From NCBI GenBank assembly GCA_963716985.1, contig OY970323.1, forward strand, positions 640,001 through 704,000: 64,000 nt of DNA. The letters are read 5' to 3'. This document shows positions 28,531 through 36,471 of the stretch, piece after piece. This DNA is from an uncultured bacterium. Lineage in GTDB: Bacteria > Chlamydiota > Chlamydiia > Chlamydiales > SM23-39. The translations under genes were made by a program, and so were the position numbers. Below the pieces are notes generated by a model. That model was not told where the DNA came from and did no database searches. It worked only from the letters and a program-made list of their open reading frames with translations. Each line of letters begins with the position of its first letter. Position 1 is the first letter of the stretch.

Positions 28531-29283
28531 TCACCATGTATGCCAAATCAGTGCAAGTGTGAATTGATTATTTGAAGGCTGAAGTTTTGCTGTTGTCGAT
28601 GAAACAAACGAGGTGTAGGTATTCCTAAATGACTGGTAGCTTGTGTGAGTGAATTCCGCTCGTAAACTAAGGCGCCAGTAAACAGCTTCTTCAAAACCAA
28701 ATCCATAGGAAAAGCCATTAGCATAGTGATCAAAAGTCGATTGGAGAAAAGGCGTTCCATTAGGAGCATCTAAAAGCGATTCATTTTCTTTTTCTTTGAA
28801 ACGCGCTCGAACAAAACCTAGTCGGAGATAGATCAATGAACGATCATTCACTTTATATCCTGATAGAAGGCTTACTCCATAACTAAAATCAGTAGATGTT
28901 TTAGTGTGATATGTAAATTCCCCTAATGGCTGAAAAATAGCAGTGCTTATTTTTTCATCTGCGCCGGTTAAATTGCCAAAAAGTTCAACGCCTAAGTAAC
29001 CTCGTTCTTTAATAGAGTGGCCATAACCCACAAATAGGGTGCCCAGGAACCCATCAGGGTTGACGAAGGCTTTTTCACGAAATAACAAATCGCCTAAAGT
29101 TGTTGCTTGGACATTCCTTTGAACGCTATACCAGCTATAACCGCCTCCAATTCCTAAATAAAATCCATCGCTTAAACTCAGAGTTTTTTTAGAGCTGCAA
29201 GAGGGAGCGTTCTTTTCTAGGTCATCAGCAAAACATGCCGATGAGAGGAATAGCACGGCTGTAATGAAAGAGAAGCGTGGCAT
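28531..29283 (-). CDS. Outer-membrane beta-barrel protein
   Basis: Signal peptide, GFYLGIGGGYS, alternating beta-strand pattern, GFGFEEAV...LSLRAEF and a terminal aromatic residue. Confidence 0.8.
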   Translation of the reverse strand: MPRFSFITAVLFLSSACFADDLEKNAPSCSSKKTLSLSDGFYLGIGGGYSWYSVQRNVQATTLGDLLFREKAFVNPDGFLGTLFVGYGHSIKERGYLGVELFGNLTGADEKISTAIFQPLGEFTYHTKTSTDFSYGVSLLSGYKVNDRSLIYLRLGFVRARFKEKENESLLDAPNGTPFLQSTFDHYANGFSYGFGFEEAVYWRLSLRAEFTHTSYQSFRNTYTSFVSSTTAKLQPSNNQFTLALIWHTW

Positions 29284-29450
29284 AATTTTTTTCACTAATT
29301 CTCGAATTTTCAATATTTTATCGGTTCAGCTCCATTTCTCGGTACTTTTTTCTAAATAAATTTCAAGAAAACAGGAATACTTCCTTACTTTATCAGATGA
29401 AGCGGATTCCCGGTTGAAGGAAAAATCCTAAAGATTTCCAACAGTTTCTG

Positions 29451-29621
29451 CCAAGCAAAAGTTCTGAATGCGTCCAACCGCCCCCAATAAAAAATTACCC
29501 CACATTTCGCGGGGCTTTTTATTGGGGGCGAGCAGGACAACTGCTTGGCTTGCGTGTTGAGACTCGAAGTGAAGCGCCATGTAGGGCGCGAACCGGCGGG
29601 ATTCCCTGAGTTCAATCATCC
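29451..29621 (+). repeat. att-like site type B plus tRNA-trailer structured repeat
   Basis: CAAAAGTTCTGAATGC-GTCCAACCGCCCCCA (minus: WGRLDAFRTFAW), then a hairpin, TTGGGGGCG, TTGGCTTGCGTGTTGAGACTCGAAGTGA and GGCGGGATTCCC. Confidence 0.8.
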
Positions 29622-29952
29622 GCAAATTTATCTATGGAAAATACCCCGGAAAATATACCTTGAAAAACTCAAAAGATTTTGTTAGATTTATTATCTATTC
29701 TTGGAGATTTTTTTATGAGGCTTAATGTTGACTTTTCTTGGAATAACAAAAAGAATAAAGGGCAAGTCGTTATTGTTTATGAAAATCGTATGTCCTTAAA
29801 AAATTATGGCAGATCCGAGCTTCCCATCCTTTGCTACATGGAGAAAGTCCTTGAACATTTGGCCTTTTTGCCATGACTTTTTAAGGATGTCCTTCATTTC
29901 GGCTAAGAGATTGCAAATTGCTCATCACTTCAATTTCAACTTTCCTCCTTTT

Positions 29953-30279
29953 TTAACCGCAGCAATGAACGAGCTTCGCAACTGTCTTTATCGTTGGGTT
30001 CTTGCTTTTCATAGTGTGATAAAGAGTGGACCTGGGCATTTCTGCTTCTTTTGCTAAATGTACCTTGTTAAGAGCCTGAAAATGAGCAGAGATAACTTCC
30101 ATAGCGCCTTCAGGATCATTTTCTTTTAAGCATTCCCAAAAGGCTTGAGCAATGAGTTTTTCATTTAAGAGAGTCTTAAAAGGGTTATGCTTAGCTAACT
30201 TTATCCCTTTTTTAAGGCGAAGTTTCGACGTATTTGCCGAGAATCTTTTTCGCTTGTGAAATGTCTTTACTTTGCCCAT
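29953..30279 (-). CDS. Addiction-module antidote (HTH) protein
   Basis: LAKEAEMPRSTLYHTMKSKNPTIKTVAKLV HTH; overlaps the toxin gene. Confidence 0.82.
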   Translation of the reverse strand: MGKVKTFHKRKRFSANTSKLRLKKGIKLAKHNPFKTLLNEKLIAQAFWECLKENDPEGAMEVISAHFQALNKVHLAKEAEMPRSTLYHTMKSKNPTIKTVAKLVHCCG

Positions 30280-30511
30280 TTTTGTTTCCTCCTAGAAGAA
30301 GTAAAATATTGTATTCAGCGATGTGCGCATAATAGATATGCCTTCCATTTGCCCACTTTAACTCCCATACATGATCGGTTAAGCGTTTGCAAGTCCCAAA
30401 ATATCCATCGCAGGAGATGTGAAGGAGGCGAACCTCTGCTTGCAGTTTCGGTTTTAGAGGTTGCTCGCTTAGCCATTCTTCAAATTCTGGTGTTTTTAGG
30501 AGAGCGTACAT
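30212..30511 (-). CDS. RelE/ParE-like addiction-module toxin
   Basis: TPEFEEWL...GYFGTCKRL...VWELKWANG...LLLGGNKNGQSKDISQAK. Confidence 0.82.
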   Translation of the reverse strand: MYALLKTPEFEEWLSEQPLKPKLQAEVRLLHISCDGYFGTCKRLTDHVWELKWANGRHIYYAHIAEYNILLLLGGNKNGQSKDISQAKKILGKYVETSP

Positions 30512-30537
30512 TGCAAATCAAAATGATTTTTCTTTAT

Positions 30538-30555
30538 TGTACAATTAATTGGACA
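30538..30555. promoter_or_regulatory. Palindromic operator upstream of the TA pair
   Basis: TGTACAATTAATTGGACA is a near-perfect inverted repeat. Confidence 0.55.
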
Positions 30556-30558
30556 TTT

Positions 30559-30672
30559 TTAAAAGGTCAAATTTTCTGCTTTTGGGATCATCATATTTTT
30601 GATTGATTCCGCGGGGGTGGGAATATTTTCAGGAAAAGTACCGCCAATTTCTTCAATTGCTGAACGCGCTGG
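30559..30672 (-). pseudogene. Relic of a DinD-like C-terminus
   Basis: RSAIEEIGGTFPENIPTPAESIK resembles the DinD tail pattern IxELGGTMPExLPTP. Confidence 0.5.
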
Positions 30673-30763
30673 GAAACTTGGAGTTTGGGTTACGTTTGAG
30701 GCTCGAAGAGGGGAGCTCCGTCGACCAACTGGCGGGAAGATTTCCGGAGTCTGACCATCCCCA
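30672..30763 (+). repeat. Degenerate tRNA-trailer structured repeat
   Basis: CGTTTGAGGCTCGAAGAGGGGAGCTCCGTCGACCAACTGGCGGGAAGATTTCCGGAGTCTGACCATCCCCA aligns with copies 1 and 2. Confidence 0.7.
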
Positions 30764-30915
30764 GCTTCAATAGCAACAACAACCGGCAATTTTTCATAAT
30801 TTCGTCATTTGCTATCCACTCCGAGGGAATCAAGCCACTCGATTTTTCGATTCTTTCTGGTTCAGCGAAGGCGCTCTCTTTCGCGGCCTGTTTGGTAAAT
30901 GATTCTCTCCAATAT

Positions 30916-31299
30916 TCATCCCAAGCCGTTAGAAAAAAATGCAGAAATAGCATCTTTTTTCGTTTTTCCCTCGGCGACTTTCAGAACAAGCTCTTCTAAG
31001 TCAGTTTCTTGATAATCAAACGGACAGTTGTTCATGGAAAGAAACATCAATGCAGACACAAGAGCGGTCCTTTTATTTCCATCGATAAAGGGATGATTTT
31101 GGCAGATATGAAAGAGATAAGCTCCCGCTTTATCGGGAAAGGTTCTGTGTAAGTATTGTCCATCAAAGGTGCTGAGCGGTTGCGAGATCGCAGAGAGCAG
31201 GAGATTATGGTCACGAAGGCCTGTTTTTCCTCCATAACGTTTAATCTGGTCTTCATGAATTTCTAGAACATCTTCCAGCGTTAGAAAGTAGATTTCCAT
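30916..31299 (-). CDS. doc: Death-on-curing (Fic/Doc) toxin
   Basis: HPFIDGNKRTA Fic/Doc motif; IHEDQIKRYGG...GLRD. Confidence 0.92.
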   Translation of the reverse strand: MEIYFLTLEDVLEIHEDQIKRYGGKTGLRDHNLLLSAISQPLSTFDGQYLHRTFPDKAGAYLFHICQNHPFIDGNKRTALVSALMFLSMNNCPFDYQETDLEELVLKVAEGKTKKDAISAFFSNGLG

Positions 31300-31303
31300 A
31301 CTT

Positions 31304-31540
31304 TTACTCAGCTAGGCGTTTTAGAGTACGTCCATATTTCTTATTGATCTTCTTCAATGAAGTGGCAAAGTGGTGTTTTTGCGCTTTACTCTTCAGTGGG
31401 GTAATGATTATGGAAATGCCATCGGGTGTAGAAATTTGGAGTAGTGTCTCACTATCAATTCCTAGTAGATCAAGAATAGGTCGTTCAATGATAAGGGCGT
31501 AACTATTTCCGTGTTTGGTGAGTTTTTTAGTAACTGTCAT
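31304..31540 (-). CDS. AbrB/MazE-like antitoxin
   Basis: KKLTKHGNSYALII...Y..TLKRLAE; directly upstream of doc. Confidence 0.85.
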   Translation of the reverse strand: MTVTKKLTKHGNSYALIIERPILDLLGIDSETLLQISTPDGISIIITPLKSKAQKHHFATSLKKINKKYGRTLKRLAE

Positions 31541-31615
31541 GAAAGCCTCCTGATTATGTGCATACTTATGTATATACATTGTAGACACGGAGTGAATTCC
31601 TAGTCAACTATTTAA

Positions 31616-31891
31616 TGTGGCACTGGTGGGACAGCAATACCTCGAAGCTATCAAAAACACTCAACAGATAACAATAATTATTTTGCCACAAGATATTTGT
31701 TTTTAGGTTGATAAGCATTGAGAATGACTGTGGAAGATTGGATTTCGACTGACTGTAAATTCCTCGGTCTTCAGGCTTTCGTTGGTTCGAATCCTAAACG
31801 TAAGCCAACTACTTGGCTCACGTTTGAGACTCGAAGTGAAGCACCAGGCAGGGTGCGAGCTGGCGGGATTCCCGGAACCCAACAGCCTCCA
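31616..31891 (+). repeat. attR-like site type A (diverged) followed by a trailer repeat
   Basis: TGTGGCACTGGTGGGACAGCA, then an arm homologous to 17468-17602, then GACTGTAAATTCCTCGGTCTTCAGGCTTTCGTTGGTTCGAATCC, then AAGCCAACTACTTGGCT...TTTGAGACTCGAAGTGA...GGCGGGATTCCCGGAACCCAAC. Confidence 0.8.
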
Positions 31892-32007
31892 TAAATAAAA
31901 TGGCTCCGTTCTTTTGATTCCTCCATAGATCCTTGTGCTTTTAAAATTGAAAAATTTCTTCTTTTTTAATAGCAGGGGCTCTATTTGTAAAATTGACGAA
32001 GGTATAA

Positions 32008-32994
32008 ATGAAAAATATTTTCTTTCTTTTAGTGTTTTTTTCTTTTTCACTCTTTGCAAAGGAGGGAAAAAGAGAGTATCAAATCAACGATTGCCATTTG
32101 CATCTCGTCGATTTTTTACAACACGAGGGAAGCATTTTCTCTTTCGTGCAAAGTATGAATGAAATTGGCATTGATCATGTGATCGCCTTCGGCATTCCCT
32201 ACATAAAAAAGTGGGACAGCAGCGAACCGGAACAACCCTTCTATTACCTAGTTGATGACGCTCGCTGCTATTGGTACTCCTTAACCGATACAATCGTGGC
32301 TCAAGAGATTTTGAAACTTCCAAAAAAGGATCGTCAAAGATTTCATCCAATGATCTGTGGTTTCAATCCAACGGATCGTAATGCAATCGAACATGTAAAA
32401 AGAATGTTTGAGATGTTCCCCAATTTCTGGGAAGGCATTGGGGAGATCTTGACGCGACATGACGATCTCACTGCCCTTGTCTACGGAGAAACGGCTCGAG
32501 CCAATCATATGGCCTTAGATCCCATTTATGAGTTTGCGGCTGAAAAAGATCTTCCTGTTTTAATCCATAGCAATATCGGATCCGTTTGGAGACGTGAACC
32601 TATCTATTTGAATGAAATTGAAGAGGCTGTCAAAAAACATCCCAAAACCCGATTCGTCTGGTGTCATGCAGGTATCAGCCGCAGGATTCTTGTTCCCACT
32701 ATCATTCAGCATGTAAGACGTCTCCTTGCCACCTATCCCAATCTTTTCATTGATCTTTCTTGGATGCTCTATGATCTCTATCTGGTTAAAGATGGAAAAC
32801 CTGATGAACAATGGATCGCTCTTGAAGAAGAATTTCCCGATCGTTTTCTTATCGGATCAGATCAAGTGGGACACAATGAAGGATATAAGGAGACTTTGTT
32901 GAGATATTTTCTCATTCTCGACTCCCTCAAGCCCCGAACCGCGAAAAAAATTGCTCATGAGAATTTCTTAAAAATTTTGCCGAAAAAAAAGTGA
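32008..32994 (+). CDS. Amidohydrolase-family metal-dependent hydrolase with signal peptide
   Basis: DCHLH, GIGE, LPVLIHSN, WCHAG, IDLSW and RFLIGSD motifs. Confidence 0.85.
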   Translation: MKNIFFLLVFFSFSLFAKEGKREYQINDCHLHLVDFLQHEGSIFSFVQSMNEIGIDHVIAFGIPYIKKWDSSEPEQPFYYLVDDARCYWYSLTDTIVAQEILKLPKKDRQRFHPMICGFNPTDRNAIEHVKRMFEMFPNFWEGIGEILTRHDDLTALVYGETARANHMALDPIYEFAAEKDLPVLIHSNIGSVWRREPIYLNEIEEAVKKHPKTRFVWCHAGISRRILVPTIIQHVRRLLATYPNLFIDLSWMLYDLYLVKDGKPDEQWIALEEEFPDRFLIGSDQVGHNEGYKETLLRYFLILDSLKPRTAKKIAHENFLKILPKKK

Positions 32995-33093
32995 AAAAGC
33001 TCGTCAATTATTCCTCCGACTATTTCTAAAAACCATTTCTTGCTATAACTCTTTGTTTAACTTAAATTTACTGCGTAGGACAGGGACAAAAAT

Positions 33094-33720
33094 ATGAGCA
33101 ATAAAATCGCTATATACCTTGCGGGAAGTATCAAAAAAGGCCACGAAAGAGCCGATGAGTCTTTTTGGACAGATGAAGACATCCTTTTGTTAAAGAAAAG
33201 CCTAGCTGAATATGAAGTTTCTTTTCTAAATCCTGCCTTTCGATCCGATAATTTGTCTGATCAGCGTTCTGTGTTTGGCCGTGATATGACCCAGGTCTAT
33301 TGTAGCGATGTTGTTTTTGTTGATGCACGTGATCGGCGCGGCTTAGGTGTTGGAGCTGAGATGATGTGGGCTAAATTCCATAAAATTCCCATCGTCACTC
33401 TTGCTCCCAAGGATTCCCACTATAATAAAAGCAAGACGACACTCTTAGGAATGGTTGTGGAAAATTGGGTTCATCCGTTTGTAGCGTCATTAAGCGACGC
33501 AATCGTAGAGAATCTTATTGATGGAGCTGTATGTATTAGGCGCTTCATAGGTGGCTCTGTCCCTGAAGTGAGAGATATTGAATACATTGAATCCGCCATG
33601 CGCTATTATCGAGATAGTCAATTACCACATGACGGACCGATGAAAGCATTGTTAGAGGCTAACAATCAATTACACAAACGCGTTGCTAATCTAGAGAAGC
33701 GATGTGCTAAAAGAAGCTGA
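33094..33720 (+). CDS. Nucleoside 2-deoxyribosyltransferase-like protein
   Basis: IYLAGS, F.RD...V..SDVVFVD and G.G.GAEM.WA....IP pattern. Confidence 0.6.
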   Translation: MSNKIAIYLAGSIKKGHERADESFWTDEDILLLKKSLAEYEVSFLNPAFRSDNLSDQRSVFGRDMTQVYCSDVVFVDARDRRGLGVGAEMMWAKFHKIPIVTLAPKDSHYNKSKTTLLGMVVENWVHPFVASLSDAIVENLIDGAVCIRRFIGGSVPEVRDIEYIESAMRYYRDSQLPHDGPMKALLEANNQLHKRVANLEKRCAKRS

Positions 33721-33882
33721 TTATCAGAGAAAAAGTTCCCTATGGTGTGAAGAAGCTCCAGGGTTCTCTTCGGGGTCTTTTGTTGGAGAAGAAAAATATT
33801 GTCTCAGGCGCACCACGCATTCCGAAATGGAAGATGGCAGACAATGCTCTGAATCCGATCCTGGGATTGCCTCTTTTTTAGC

Positions 33883-34317
33883 CTAGTCAGCCAGCAGTTG
33901 ATTTGCCAAATCTTTGGCCAGCTTTCCATCAACTGCGCTGTTGAGTTTCATGACGCTCTTCATCACCAATCCTAAGTCTTTTTTTGTCTTGGCCCCGGAA
34001 TCGGCAATTGCCTGCACCACGATTTTTTTAGTTTCTTCTGGCGAAAGCGCTTTAGGTAAAAACTCTTGAACGATATCTAATTCCTTTTTTAGCTGTTCTG
34101 CGATCTCGGGTCGGCTACCGGCTTGATCTAGCGCTTCTTGAAGGTTGCCAAAATAAGTTTTGAACAGTTTTAAAACTTCTGAGTCGGGGAGGTTAGCGCG
34201 AGCATCAACAGCTAATATCTTTGATTTTAGCATGCGCAGGGTGTTGAGTCTAATCTGGTCTTGACTTCGTATCGCTTCTTTGATCCCAAGATTGATTTTT
34301 TCAATCAGTGTCATCAT
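33883..34317 (-). CDS. GatB/YqeY domain protein
   Basis: RLNTLRMLKS, E...V.EFLPK.LS.EE, KDLGLVMK and DGKL motifs. Confidence 0.88.
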   Translation of the reverse strand: MMTLIEKINLGIKEAIRSQDQIRLNTLRMLKSKILAVDARANLPDSEVLKLFKTYFGNLQEALDQAGSRPEIAEQLKKELDIVQEFLPKALSPEETKKIVVQAIADSGAKTKKDLGLVMKSVMKLNSAVDGKLAKDLANQLLAD

Positions 34318-34388
34318 GCATCACTCTCACTTTGATTTCTTTTGCACTTACATCTAAAAAAATAGCTTAATTCAGTTTTTGATTTTTC

Positions 34389-34472
34389 CCAATCAAAAGT
34401 TCTCTGATCGCGTCAACGAGATGAGTCGCTACGTCGACGAATGGGCGGGATTTCCGGAGTTCAACGCCGGCA
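34389..34472 (+). repeat. Degenerate att type B / trailer relic
   Basis: CCAATCAAAAGTTCTCTGATCGCGTCAAC (minus: LVDAIR, frameshift, TFDWEK), then CGTCGACGAATGGGCGGGATTTCCGGAGTTCAAC. Confidence 0.6.
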
Positions 34473-34505
34473 ATTTCTAGGCAACGTTACCGGTTTGAAG
34501 CACTG

Positions 34506-34910
34506 TTATAAATCAATAAATGTCGTTGGTTTGCCCATGTTCTGCATAGCCCAAGTGGTGGCTTTTCCTTTGAGTCGAAGAACTCCCAGGTTGTCGTAAC
34601 CCGTTTTGTAATGAGGCTTTAAAAATGGCCGATTTTCTACGATTTCTTTTTTCAATTTCAAATCTTCAATTATTTCGATTCTACCGCGTACTCTTACCTG
34701 GACTCCCTCGGCAAAGTAGCAGACTTCTACCTCTGGGTTTTTAGTTATTTGTTTGAAAACATCTTTCATTTTGCTGGTGTAAAATATCAGTCCCCCTTCG
34801 TCGGCACGGAAGGTGTCCATCCCTCGTACTCTGGCAGCTGCGCTATCGACCGTTCCAAGATAACCTATGCGACTTTTGGTGATGAAGGCCAAGATTTCTT
34901 TTTTGTCCAC
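34506..34910 (-). CDS. Pyridoxamine 5'-phosphate oxidase-like FMN-binding protein
   Basis: YLGTVD...RVR...FYTSKMKDVFKQITKNPEVEVC...QVRVRG pattern. Confidence 0.82.
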   Translation of the reverse strand: MDKKEILAFITKSRIGYLGTVDSAAARVRGMDTFRADEGGLIFYTSKMKDVFKQITKNPEVEVCYFAEGVQVRVRGRIEIIEDLKLKKEIVENRPFLKPHYKTGYDNLGVLRLKGKATTWAMQNMGKPTTFIDL

Positions 34911-35097
34911 GAAAACACTCCGCGTTGTTACCAAGTTTGGGGAAAATTTAGCGCATAGGATCAATTGCCTCAACCAAATAATTGGAAAATCAGCGTTGTT
35001 TGTAAAATAAAATTTTTGCATAATCTTTTTTTCAAAACTTAGGGATCATGGCAGTTGCTGAAAAGCAGAAGACGAACATCTGATTTAGGGGGGTAAC

Positions 35098-36213
35098 ATG
35101 AGGAGCAAACATTTACGCACCAATATTATTTTTGTTTTTGCGTTGAGTTTGATTGTTTCTGGTTTTTCTTCACAAGAAGACGAATCATCTATGTCTACAA
35201 AATCAACGACTTATAATGATTATGTCCCTGCAAGGATAGCTGTCAATGGAGATTGGGATTTTTATCTGTCTGCAAATTTCATCTATTGGACTGCCAAAGA
35301 AGATGGTCTTGATGTGGGAGCAAACCAACATAATCCAGGAGCTACAAATCCTCGCCCGCACGCACTCCAATACTATCAAATGGACTTTGACTACCATCCC
35401 GGGTTTCAAGTTTCATTCGGCATGAATTGTGGTAAAAGGTCCGATTGGATCACTCAAGCAGAATATACGCATCTTCACTTAGAAAATCATGCCTCCGGTT
35501 CCATTCCTGCGATCTGGTTCAATGACATTCAACCCAATTTCCTATCCCCTGAAATCAACCAGGTTCCTGGAACATCCACTGGCTACTCATTCTTAAAAAC
35601 CGCCGGCAAATGGAAAAACCAGATTGATTTGGTCGATTGGGACTTGAGACGATCTTTTCATTCGGGAAAAAAGCTTTTACTTACTCCTCTTTTTGGTCTG
35701 AGAATAGGATCTCTCAATCAACGCTATAACGGTCATTATCTTGCTACTTATGTTGCTGACACATCCCAGCGCTATACTCTTTCTTCAATAACCAAGCAAC
35801 ACAGCTGGCTTGTTGGGCCTAGGGCAGGACTGCTCACGGATTGGCTCTTGGGCGCCGGTTGTGAAATTTTCGGAAATGTCCATTTTAGTCTTTTCTACCA
35901 GCATTTCAGAGACAGCTTCAAAGATTTTGACGCTGCAGGCATCTGCTCCTCCACTTCTGAAAAACTCAATCGCTTGACTCCTAATTTGCAATTAGGACTC
36001 GGATTTGGTTATGGGACCTATTTTGCCAACCACAACTCTCATTTAAATTTCACAATTGGATATGCTTTTCAAATCTTCTGGAATCAAAACTACATGTCGG
36101 CCCAGGTTTTCAATAAAACGATTGCTGCAATCGGCCCCATCTATTTCAATGGAGCCAAACCCGCCGATCTTTTGATTCATGGACTGACAACTGGCATGCG
36201 ATTTGATTTTTGA
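35098..36213 (+). CDS. MOMP-like / Legionella-type (Lpg1974 family) outer-membrane porin
   Basis: FIYWTAKEDGL, FDYHPGFQV, SWLVGPRAGL, GYAFQIFWNQN and terminal GLTTGMRFDF. Confidence 0.82.
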   Translation: MRSKHLRTNIIFVFALSLIVSGFSSQEDESSMSTKSTTYNDYVPARIAVNGDWDFYLSANFIYWTAKEDGLDVGANQHNPGATNPRPHALQYYQMDFDYHPGFQVSFGMNCGKRSDWITQAEYTHLHLENHASGSIPAIWFNDIQPNFLSPEINQVPGTSTGYSFLKTAGKWKNQIDLVDWDLRRSFHSGKKLLLTPLFGLRIGSLNQRYNGHYLATYVADTSQRYTLSSITKQHSWLVGPRAGLLTDWLLGAGCEIFGNVHFSLFYQHFRDSFKDFDAAGICSSTSEKLNRLTPNLQLGLGFGYGTYFANHNSHLNFTIGYAFQIFWNQNYMSAQVFNKTIAAIGPIYFNGAKPADLLIHGLTTGMRFDF

Positions 36214-36471
36214 TTGAGATCTGCAAGCCCAAAAATGGTTGCACTCATCGGCAGGGCCTCGAAGGATGCGGTAGGACATCGGCTTGCCTAAGAGGGGGCC
36301 CTCCCTTCCATCAACTATCAAAGTCAGGCTCTATCTATTATCTCTGTGCCGGCATAAGCTGAAAATCCTCTATGGCCTGAGAGTCAATAAAGCTGCCGGT
36401 AGGAAAGACGAAATCCTTATGGAAAAGAATTTTTCTTGAACACTCATAACGATATTGAAGGTTTTTTTTCT

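Noticed and set aside
29679..29950. Short ORFs between the att site and the TA pair
   Set aside because: No recognisable motif; probably decayed sequence.
14486..34472. Reading the GTCCAACCGCCCCCA repeats as a CRISPR array or classical integron attC sites
   Set aside because: Spacing is irregular (0.1-7 kb), the repeats derive from the tRNA, and there is no cas gene, intI gene or RYYYAAC/GTTRRRY box pattern.
36220..36420. GC-richer intergenic stretch as a riboswitch or ncRNA
   Set aside because: No convincing stems or known motif; may be eroded coding sequence.
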